Shown here in pieces: positions 25,985 through 37,743 of a DNA stretch of 64,000 nucleotides. This stretch comes from the human T2T-CHM13v2.0 reference genome, Homo sapiens, in assembly GCF_009914755.1 (NCBI RefSeq), contig NC_060942.1; one strand, 5' to 3'. The position numbers and the translations under genes are program-made. Position 1 is the first letter of the stretch. Each line of letters opens with the position of its first letter. The notes below the pieces were generated by a model. The model did no database searches, was not told the origin of the DNA, and worked only from the letters and a program-made list of their open reading frames with translations.

Positions 25985-26204
25985 AGAATGTGAGTTCCCA
26001 GCCTGGTCCAGGGAAGTCAGAAAAGTTGAGGGATGCTAGGTCCAGGAAGGGGTCACCTGAGAGAGTGAGGAGATCAGAGAAGGGTCAGGTGGCCAGGCAG
26101 TTTCCCTAGTACCCTCCTGCCCTGGAGCCTTAGTTCTTGAAGAAAATTTTAAGGCCACTCAGCCTGGTGGTTCCAAAATATACTCATTTAATGTAACTGT
26201 CAGA

Positions 26205-26340
26205 GTCAACCAGAACCCTTCTTTAAAAATTCAGATCTGTGGCCCCATTCCAGACGCTTGAACCTGAAAGTCTCAGAGGTGAAATGGGGCTTAGCATCAT
26301 TCCTGTGGATTCTGATGTTCAGCCTGGTTGGAAACCACTG
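26205..26340. mobile_element. MER5 fragment
   Basis: ttaaaaattcagatctgtggccccattccaga...gattctgatgttcagcctggttggaaaccactg. Confidence 0.65.
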
Positions 26341-27664
26341 ACCTTGATCATCCATTTCTTTCCCAGCCGAAGGGAATTTCCAAGAGAGAGGATGGTGGTG
26401 CAGTGCATATTGCAACCCCGGATCAGCCAGAAGTCCGTGGATTTGGGAAAGCACATGTAACAATGTCGTCCAGGGTACACTGCAAGGAACACAGGCTTAG
26501 AGTCACAAGGGTCTGTGCTTGAACCCAGGTCTGTTATTTGCTACTTATGTCCTTGGAAATGATTTAATATTGTTATGATTCAATCTCTTTATTTCTTACA
26601 TGGATTTAATAACATCTACCCCATAGTTTAACATTTAAATTAGATAATGCATATGTAGTGGCTAGTGGTTATTACAATTATTACTCTTCTGTTACTGCAA
26701 TCTCACAGGAAGGTAAGGACCTTGACAAGAGATGAAGGTCTGTTATCACAAGAAGAGCAAGAAACAAACCAGCTGACTTCCGAAGCATTTTTTAAAGTCC
26801 AGCATCAAACTCTCGGGAGTGTGAGCAAAAAGTGGGACTGGCATGGGATCAGTTTTCTGCAAGTACCCTAATCCTGTGAGTGCCCAGGCCACTTAGATCT
26901 CTGACCTAGTGAACATTTAGTGCTTAATCACCCTCAAAATATACTATTTTATCCTTGAAGTGGGATTGTCTTGGGCTTATGCGATGAGCCACACTGGAGA
27001 CAAAATAGACCAGTTCTGGATCTCTGGAGGACTAAGAGAGGTCTGTGCTTTTTACCGTATTTAACTGAGCTCCTGATAAGATTGCTTTCCTGGGATTACA
27101 GAATGGAAACTTGAGGTATTCATCTGATCTCTTTCCCCTCAGCATGCTCAACTCCATTAACGACTAAAGAAGCACTTTCCTAGCACATTTAATGGGCTTG
27201 GGCTCATAAAGAATCATTCCAGGTTCTCACGATGCCCGGCTGGCCGAGGTGTTAAAGTACAGAAAACTTTAAGTCTGGAGAGGTTTAGAAGCTCATCTTG
27301 GCACCTCATTTTTAAGCGGGGGCTAATTTTACCCAGAGGCCGGCCACAAGCACGAATTTCTTCAGATTTGGAACTTTGGGGAGATACTTTATGTAAAGTG
27401 TGGCTGTTGGGTTGCTGCAGCTGTGTTTGAAAAAAGTACGGGGGGTGGGAGGGGGAGATTGAGGCCTACAGAAGTAGGAGATTCTGTAGTTAGTCAAGCA
27501 TCAGAACCCAGGTGTTCAGATATGACTAGTTTTGGCAATGTCAGGAAGAAAGGACTGGACAGGGGAAAGGAGATTTGCAGCTAAAAAGTTAGTGCTGAGT
27601 TTGTTGGCAAACTTGCCTCTAGAATTTTTTTTAGAAAGTGATTTCTAAAATATTATTATATAAG

Positions 27665-28232
27665 TGAATTAGTTTCTATTTCTGTGTAATACATGAATCC
27701 AAAACTAAGCAGTTTAAAACAACAAAGAATGATTATCTCCCAGTTTCTATGGGACTGGAATCTGAGCATGGCTTAGGTAGATGCCTCTGGCTCAAGATGT
27801 CTCACAAGACTGCAATTAAGAAGTCAGCAGGGGCTGTGGTCTCATCTGAAGGCTCACCTTGGGAAGGACCTACTTGCAACCTCATCCATGTGGTTCTTGG
27901 CAAGATTCAGTTCCTCGTGGGCTATTGGACTAAGGGTCTCATTGCCTTGCTGGCTGTTGTCCAGGGGACCCTACAGTTCTTTGTCATGGAGGCCTCTTCA
28001 CAGGGCAGCTTGCAACATGGCAGTGGGCTTCCCTCAAAGCAAGTGAGAAGGCAAGAGAGAGTGCACAGCCTTTTTATATACTAATATCAAAAGTGACATC
28101 CCATCAACTCTACTGCATTCTATTCTCTAGAAGCAAGTCACTAAATCAGCCCCCACTCAAGGGGAGGGAGGGTTACAAAGGCATGCATACCAGGAGGAGG
28201 GGATCACTGGGGCCATCTTGTAGACTGCCTAC
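27665..28232 (-). mobile_element. MLT1 (E/F-like) MaLR LTR
   Basis: ttaaaacaacaaagaatgattatctcccagtttctatgggactggaatctgagcatggctta...ggggccatcttgtagactgcctact. Confidence 0.8.
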
Positions 28233-28846
28233 TGGACATTTGTTTTGGGTAGAAAATCAGGAAAACTCTGAAATACTACACTTCATAGGCAACTTTACCA
28301 TGAAGATCTTAACTAATTACACACCTTCTTGTGCCTTTTTTCTATACACATATGTATTTTTTAAAAGATTTCAAACTATATATACTATGATTGCCTGCAC
28401 TGTTAACTCAGAAATATTTCATGTATTGGTGTCAATAAACCTTGTTCTACTATATCACTTTTAACGGCTTATTTCATCATGTATTTCATCATATGAACTT
28501 ATTCCACAAATGACTCAGCCACCCTTGCTCCAGCTCTGCATTTAATTTTGTCAAATTAATGTCACAATCATGAAAAATTGTGCCAGGCATTTAATGTGCT
28601 AAAGTGCAGCAAATCTCAGCAAGCTCTGTGCCTTCTGGCCTGTCCCTGGGGCTCAGCCTGTAGGTCTCTAACATGAGAGGTTCGAATAGATGGCCACTAA
28701 GGTCCCTTTAGAGACCAGAAAGCCTGTCCCCTGGGAGTGGTGATTCCTCAGAGATGCTACCCAACCCACTGGGGCCAGGAGTTTAGCAGCTGTCTAGGAT
28801 GCCTTTGTTGATTTTGAGACCTCTGAATCCTTCTATGTCTGTGTAA

Positions 28847-29270
<424 letters not shown>

Positions 29271-29381
29271 GCTTTCTTTTCTTTAAAAAAAATATCATAA
29301 GCATCTTTCAGGGACAGCTTAGAAATATATGCCCAAACTTCCTAACTACTGTCTGATATTTTTGTATAAAGATGTGCTATT

Positions 29382-29720
<339 letters not shown>

Positions 29721-30719
29721 TCAAGTCTGCTGTGACCACTTACATGCATATAACTTCATGTACCTGTGGGAGCTCTTCTATAGCAGAAATGTTTAGAAAT
29801 GAAATTATTGGCTCAAAAGGTATGCCGTTTTTAAAACTCTTTAGGTGATCCCAATTTGTCTAATCTCTCCCAAGTCTTTAGCAACACTATGTATCTTTGC
29901 AATATTATCTTACTATGGATTTGGTTTGCCTTCAACACATTGGTGAGATTATTCACGTTATGTCTGGATTGGTAATTTATATATTTCTTCTGAGAAGTCC
30001 ATGTTTTTGTCCTTTGATTAATATCTTCAAGGAAAAGAACAGCATACTTACCAGGGTGGCAGCCTTAGAAAATATCAAATTGTTAAAAGAGAAAAGCCCT
30101 TTTGATTCCATCTTATTTTCAGTGGTCCTCTCTGCCTACGTCTCCTTTTACTTCTTTTTGTGTTGGAAGAATAAGATAATATGTGATCCGTCTGCAGAAA
30201 TGACACTAGGTTTCCCTGGGAAACCCACCGCAGAAAGAGACTAGAAGAATTAGGTGAGTGCTAGACTGCGGTTCCAGGGTTAGGCTTCTTGAAACTGCCT
30301 CTTAGTGGAGAGGGGTCAGTAGGCTCTTTGTTGGCCACATAAAGCTCTTTCAGCTCCCCACACCCCAATGCTGTATTCTATCATAAGAATGTCTCTATGC
30401 TTTGTTCTGTGGCTAAGCTGGAGGGTATGGTTAGATAAAGGCACAAATCATAGAATATTAGAGCTGGAAGAAGCCTTTGAGATATAGGAGTTCCTTGTGT
30501 TTATTTTTATAGGAGAGGGAATGTGGCCTAGAGAGGGGGAGTGACCAAGGCCTGTGCCCAGGCCTCCTGATTTTTGACACTCCCTAGTGCACCCCCCACT
30601 GAAGCCCCACAACAGGGCAGCTGTGGAAAATGGCCCCAGGACTCCACTGTTCTTGGCAGATGCTTTCATGAGTGGTTGGCTCCAGGCCCAAGGCTTAATC
30701 TCTCTACCTGACTCTTCTT

Positions 30720-31020
30720 GCCCTTCCATTTGAGAATGGTTAGGGAAGCCCTTTCCAGGAAGATGATCTTTATCGTGAGAACTGAAGGAGCCACAATGCG
30801 AAGAAGGAGGAAAAGGGTTCAGGGCAGAGGAATCTGCATGTGCAAGTGCCCTGAGGTAGGAGGAGTTTGATGTGTGGAGGAACAGAAAGGAGATCAGTGC
30901 AGTGAGAGCAAAGCAGAGAGAGAAGGATCCTGGCCCATATGCAGTAGGCCTTGGTGAAGAGCTTGTGTCAAGTGCAATGGAATGCCAGTAATCAAAGCAG
31001 GAGAAGCCATCTTGTGATTT
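30720..31020 (-). mobile_element. L2 fragment
   Basis: ggttagggaagccctttcc...caggcagaggaa-like...tgcaagtgccctgaggtagga...tgtggaggaacagaaagg. Confidence 0.65.
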
Positions 31021-31109
31021 GTCTTGAGTGGCAAAAGTGGAAGCATGAAGAAGATGCAGAAGACTCCTGCAGGTGAGAGATGATAAAGGAAGACTGGTAA
31101 TTGCCAACC

Positions 31110-31375
31110 TATAGTGAGTGTTAATAGGTACAGGAACTGTTCTAAGAACTTTTATGCTCTTAGCATAAAAAACTGTTCTAAGAGCTTTTATGTACATTAA
31201 CACACATTACTCTCTCAGCAACCCTATGAATAGGGAAAAAAAAATGTAGCCCTCTTATATAGATGTGGAAACTGAGGCACAGAGAAATTAAGTCTTTTTC
31301 CCAAGGTCATACAACTAGTAAGTGACAAAGTCAGGAATGAAATCTGAGCAGTCTGGCTGCAGAGTGTTTTTGACC
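31110..31375 (-). mobile_element. MIR SINE
   Basis: tatagatgtggaaactgaggcacagagaaattaagt...cccaaggtcatacaactagtaagtgac. Confidence 0.8.
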
Positions 31376-33088
31376 ACAGCTCCATCCTGCCTCCTGGCTT
31401 CACAGCAGAAGGCAGGGACAGGCTCAGCATACAGGTGCTGACTCTGAGAATGTCACAGAATCTCAAGGGCATCAGGTAAATGAGAGAAAAATAGGAAGAA
31501 AGGGAGAGAGATACTGAGATGGCTGGCTTTGCTGAGACTGTCCCTGTAGAGAACACAAAGCTATCAAAATAATGGAGCTTCGTAGGAATGCTCAGCTCAC
31601 GTTCTCAAGTGAATTGTTGTGTCTACTGCAAATATGGGCATTTAACTTCATGGCACACTGCAGAAAGTGCCCATATCTCTGTCCCAGGCTCTTGAGCACA
31701 GTGTACCCTGTGAGATTCTAGCTCTTGGCTCTGTCAGTCTACAAGGTCAGGGTTGGGGCACTGTCAGTCCCAGAGCAATGGGGTAGAAGGCAGAGAGAAT
31801 AGAAGAATCTCTCCCAAGACCACCACTGGGATTAGAAACCCTATCACATTCTGGGTCAAATGGAACTGGGAAGTACAATGCTGATAATAAAGAGGGGAAG
31901 ACCCAGGAGAAGGGAGCCAAAAAGACCATGAGAGGTGAAGGTAGAGCATGGATTCTGGGTCAGAGGGACCAACATGACCAGCTGAACAGAAGGCAGAAAG
32001 AAGCAGGGTTCTGAGGCTGACCATGAGCTGAAGATGGCTTTCTCACCATGGGGCTGAAAATGGTGGTAGCAGGACAGATAGCCAAGCTAGGAAGGCCAAG
32101 TAGGAACCAAGGAAAGCAGGCTTGATCCGGGCCCAGAGATAGGAGGGAGTCTGGGAGACTGAAGGCTGGTGGTCAGGGTAGGAGTAGGTGAGCAGGAAGA
32201 GAAACCAGGCAAGCAGAGGGTGAGTGAAGGTGGAGAGTCAGAAATCAAGCTAGTGGGCAGGTGTGTAGGTGGGAGGTGGCAGGATATCTCTGGTGAGATG
32301 CAGTTTCCCACCCAGAGAGAAAACTTACTATATGCTTCCTCTGGGACGGGGCCAACTCCTCGGGGGAGGGAACCCAAGCCTGAAGGAGACAGGAAAGCTG
32401 GGGAGGTAAGTGCCTACCCAGCCTGAATCGGGTGCTGGGCCAGAGATAGGAGAAATTTCTGGCTGCAGTGATTTGGGCAGGGGATCTTAACTGCTCTGCG
32501 GTGGCTCACTTTTCAAACCTTTATGGAGGACTGCTAGATTTCAATCAATATGTATGACATTGGCCACTAAGTAATGCTACATTGGTGTCTTTCAGATCAA
32601 ACCTGAGTGGCTCAAACACCATGGGGTAGCACTAGGTATAACTTTTTGAGAGAAATAGGTAAGAAGCATGGCATAACATCAGGTTGATACAAAAGTAAGA
32701 GGGAGTGTTCACTGAAGCAAGTAAGAAGTTTGTCTTGAGATTGTATAAGAGCTTGGATAGAACCAAAGTGTTCCAACCCAATAGGAAATGGAAAATCTCT
32801 CAATAGCGTGTTACAGCAGCAGCTTATAGAGGCATTTATACATTACATGTAAATAACCTGGTGCCGATTGCACTGTACTAATTGCTAGCTGTCAGTGTTG
32901 AGTTTTCAAATCACTTCAGGTATGTTGCCAAAAATCTCAGTTTAAAAGAGTGACACAAACACAGAAAGATTGACAACCTTTGGAATGAGGCAACAGAACC
33001 AATGCACTAGAGTGCAGGGAAGAAAGAGACTCAACAGGCTTCTTGGCCCCTCCTAATTTGGGTTGCCTGAAAATATAGAGTGGCAAAC

Positions 33089-33190
33089 TCAGTAGTTCTC
33101 AACCTTGGTTGCACATGGCAGTCACCCGGGCAGTTTTGTTGCCTGGGTCCCCGGAGATTCTGATTTAATTGTTCTGGGATGGAAGGGTTT
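33089..33190. mobile_element. MER5 fragment abutting L1
   Basis: cagtagttctcaaccttggttgcacat...gagattctgatttaattg. Confidence 0.6.
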
Positions 33191-36100
33191 TAAAAAATTA
33201 TTATTTTTAATTAACGTATAGTAATTGTACATATTTATGGGCTGCAGAGTGATATATCAATATATGCATACAATGCATAATGATCAAATCAGGGTAATTA
33301 GCGTATCCATCACCTCAAATATTTATCATTTCTTTGTGTTGGGTAAAAATCCTCCCTTCTAGCTATTTGGGAATATACAATTAAATATTGTTAATGATAG
33401 CCACCTACAGTGCTAAGGAATACTAGAACTTATTCCTTTTATGTAGGTGTAATTTTGTTTCCTTTAACCAACCTCTCCCTATTCCCCTCTCCCAGGCTAC
33501 CTTTCCCAGACTCTAATAATCACTATTCTAGTCTCTACTTCTACGAGATAAACTTTTTTAGCTTCCACACATGAGTGAGAACATGCAGTATTTATTTTTC
33601 TGTGCCTCGCTGATTTTATTTAACATAATGTCTGTCCTTCAGGCTCATCCATGGTGTTGTGAATGACAGGATTTCATTCTTTTTTATGAACAAATAATAT
33701 TCCATTGTGTATATGTAACACATTTTCTTCATTCATCTACTAGAAATAGTGCTGCAGTAAATATGGGGGCGCAGACAACTCTTTGATATATTGATTTCCT
33801 TTCCTTTGGAATATATACCCAGTAGTGGCATTGCTAAATCATATGGTAGTTCTATTTTTAGTTTTTTGAGGAAACTTCGTTTTCTATAGTGGCTGTACTA
33901 ATTTATATTCTCACCAACAGTGTATAAGAGTTCCTCTTTCTTTACATCCTCACCAGCATTTATTACTTTTTGTCTTTTTGATAGTAGCCCTTCTAACTGG
34001 GATGAGATGATATCTTATTGTGGTTTTGACTTGCATTTCCATGATGACCAGTGATGAACATTTTTTCATATACCTATTGGCCATTTGCATGTCTTCTTTT
34101 GAGAAATGTCTTTTCACTTCATTTATCCATTTTTAATTGTGTTATTTGTTTTTTTTCTGTTGACTTGTTTGAGTTTCTTATATATTCTGGTTATTGATTC
34201 CTTGTTGGAAAGTTTGCAAATATTTTCTCCCATTCTGTAGGTTGTCTTTGCACTTTGTTGATTGTTTATTTTGCTGTGCAGAAGCTTTTTAGTTGGATAT
34301 AACCATATTTGTCTATTTTTGCTCTTATTGCCAGTGCTTTTGAGGTCTTCTCCATAAAATCTTTACTCAGACCAACGTCCAAAGCATTTCTTCTGTTTTT
34401 TTTCCCCCGAGTACTTTTATAGTTTGGGGTCTTATATTTAAGTCTTTAATCCATTTTGAGTTGATTTTTCTATATGGTGAGAGACAGGGGTCTAAGTTTA
34501 TTTTTCTGCATAGGGATATTCAGTTTTCCCACCAACTTTTATTGAAGAGACTATATTTCCCCCAGTGTGTAACATGTTCTTGGTGCCTTTGTTGAAAATC
34601 AGTTGGCTGTAGATATGTGGATTTATTTCTGGGTTCTCTATTCCATTCCACTGGTCTATGAATCTGTTTTTATGCCAGTACCATGCTGTTTTAGTTACTT
34701 CAAGCTTTACAGTATATTTTGAAGTCAGGTAGTGTGATGTTTTCAGCTTTGTTCTTTTTGCTCAAGACTGCTTTTTCTATTCAGGGTATTTTATAATTCC
34801 ATACAGATTTTAATATTGTTTTCTACTCCTGTGAAGAATGTCATTAGTATTTTGATAGGGATTGCTTTGAATCTGTAGATCACTTCGGGTAGTATGGTCA
34901 TTTTAACAATATTTATTCTTCTAATCATGAACACAAGGTGTCTTCACATTTTTTTGTGACCTCTTTAATTTCTTTCATCAGTATTTGGTGGTTTTCATTG
35001 TAGAGATCTTTTAACTGCTTGATTAAATTTCTTCCTAGGTATTTTTTTGTAGCTATTGTAAATGAATTGCTTTCTTGATATCTTTTTCGGCTAGCTCATT
35101 ATTGGTGTACAGAAATGTTAATGATTTTGTGTATATTGATTTTGTATCCTGAAACTTTACTAAATTTGTTTATCAGTTCTAACAGTTCTTGGTGGAGTCT
35201 TTAGGCTTTTCTCTATATAAGATCATGTCTTCTGCAAACAGGGACAATTTGACTTTCTCCTTTCCAACTTGGATGCCTTTTATTTCTTTTTCTTACCCAA
35301 TTGCTCTAGCTAGGACTTCCAGTACTATGTTGAACAATATGATAAAAGTGTGCATCCTTATCTTGTTCCAGTTCTTAGAGAAAAAGCTTTCAAGTTATTG
35401 CCATTAAGATGTCAGCCATGAGTTTGTCATATATGGCTTTTATTGTGTTGAGGTATATTTCTTCTATACCTAACTTGTTGAGAGTTTTTATAATAAAGGG
35501 ATGTTGAATTTCATCAAATGTTTTTCATGCATCTATTGACATAGTCACATGGTTTTTGTCCTTCAGTGTGTTGATGTGATGTATAAGGTTTATTGATTTG
35601 CATATGTTGAACCATCCTTGAATTCCTGGGTTAAATCCTGCTTCATCATATTGTATAATCTTTTTGATGTACTATTGGATTTTGTTTGCTAGTATTTTGC
35701 TGAGGATTTTTGCACCTGTCTTTATCAGGGATATTGGCCTGTAGTTTTCTTTTGTTGTTGTTGTGTTCTTCTCTGGTTTTGGTATCAGGGTAATGCTGGC
35801 CTCAAAGAATGAGTTTGGAAGAATTCCTTCCCCTTCAATTTTTTTTCCCTGGAATATTTTGAGAAGAGCTGATGTTTGTTCTTTTTTAAAAGTTTCGTAG
35901 AATTCTGTAATGAAACCATCCAGTCTTGGGCTTTTTGTTGTTGCTGGGAGAGTTTCCATTACTGATTCAATCTTGTTGCTCATTATTGGTCTGTTCAGGT
36001 TCTCTATTTCTTCTTTGTTCAATTTTTGTAGGTTGTATGTATCCAGGAATTTATCCATTTTCACAAGGTTTTTTAATTTTTTGGCATATAATAGTTTCTA

Positions 36101-36492
36101 ATGATTCTTTGCATTTCTGTAGTATCACTAGGATCATTACTTTTTTCATTTCTAATTTTATTTATTTGGAACTTCTTTTTTCTTAGTCTAGCTAATAGTT
36201 TGTCAATTATTTTATCTTTTCAAAAAACTATTTTTTGTTAAACTTTTATATATTTTTTAGTCCCTGTTGTGTTTATTTCTGATTTTATCTTTATTATTTC
36301 TTTCCTTCTACTAATTTTGGGTTTGGTTTGTTTTTGCTTTTCTAGTTCCTTGAGGTGCATTGTTAGGTTGTTTATTGAAATCTTAGAAAGATTTAATGGA
36401 GGTGTTTATTGCCATAAACTTCCCTCTTAGTGCTGCTTTGACCTATAGGTTGTGGTTGTGTTTCTCTTTTCATTTGTTTCAAGATATTTTAG

Positions 36493-36617
36493 GGCTAGGC
36501 GCGGTGACTCATGCCTGTAATCCCAGCACTTGGGGAGGCTGAGGTGGGCTTTTCACCCGAGGTCAAGAGTTCGAGACCACCCTGGCCAACATGGCAAAAC
36601 CCCATCTCTACTATAAA
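36493..36617 (+). mobile_element. Alu left monomer inside L1
   Basis: ggctaggcgcggtgactcatgcctgtaatcccagcac...ccccatctctactata; no right arm. Confidence 0.85.
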
Positions 36618-37424
36618 TTTACATGTATTTGCACAGTTACCAAAGTTCCTCTTGTTACTGATTTCTAGTTTTATTCCATTGTTGTCTAAAAAGCTATGTG
36701 ATATAATTTCAATTTTAAAAAATTTGCTAAGACTTGTTTTATGGCCTAACATATGTCTATTCTGGAAGATATTCCATTTGCTAATGAGAAGAATGTATAT
36801 TCTGTAGCTGTTAGATGAAATGCTCTGTAAATGCCTGTTAGGTCAATTTAGTCTATAGTGCAGTTTAAGACTACAGTTTCTTTGGTTTCTGTCTAGGTGA
36901 TCTGTCTATTGTTGAAAGAGAAGTGTTGAAGTTCTCAACTATTATTGTACTGGAATATCTCTCTCTTTTTAGATCTAATAATGTTTACTTTATATATCTG
37001 AGTGAACCAGTGTGGGGTACATATACATTTACAATTGTTATGTTCTCCTACAGAATATATCTCTTTATTGTTATATAATGACCTTCTTTGTCTCTTTTTA
37101 CAGTTTTTGACTTAAAGTGTATTTTATCTGATACAAGCATAGCTACTTCTGCTCATTCTTGGCTTTTGTTGCATGGAATATCTTTTTTCATTCCTTCACT
37201 TTCAGTCATAGGTAAAGTGAATTTCTTCTAAGCAGTATATAGTTGGGGTTTTTAATTCATTCAGTCAGTCTTTATCTTTTAACTGTGAAATGTAAACATT
37301 TACATTCAAGCTATTAATTGATGAGGACTTACTTTTGTCATTTTAATAATTGTTTTCTTGTTGTTTTATATATTGTTTGTTCTTTTATTCCTTTTATTAT
37401 TTATCTCTCCCATTGGTGGTTTTC

Positions 37425-37743
37425 TTTTCTTCTACTTTTTTTTTTTTTTTTTTTTTTTTTGAGACAGGGCCTCTCTCTGTCACCCAGACTCGAGTGCAAT
37501 GGCATGATCATAGCTCACTGCAACCTCAAACTCCTGTGCTCAAGTGATCCTCCCACCTCAGCCTCCTGAGAAGCTGGAACTATAGGCATGTGCTATCATA
37601 CCTAGCTAATTTCTGTATTTTTTGTTGAGCCGGGGTCTTACTATGTTGCCCAGGCTGATCTTGAACTCCTGGACTCAAGCAGTCCTCCTATCTTGGCCTC
37701 CCAAAGTTCTAGGAAGTAAAGGCATGAGCCACTGTGCCTGGCC
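37425..37743 (-). mobile_element. AluJ inside L1
   Basis: Poly-T then gagacagggcctc...tgatcatagctcactgc; TSD ttggtggttt on both sides. Confidence 0.9.

Noticed and set aside
30448-31203. Longest non-BOD1 ORF (251 aa, minus strand)
   Set aside because: Runs through MIR and L2 fragments, has no domain resemblance, and its composition is typical of a chance ORF.
35672-36064. 130-aa RT-like ORF as a gene
   Set aside because: A fragment of decayed L1 ORF2 surrounded by stops and frameshifts.
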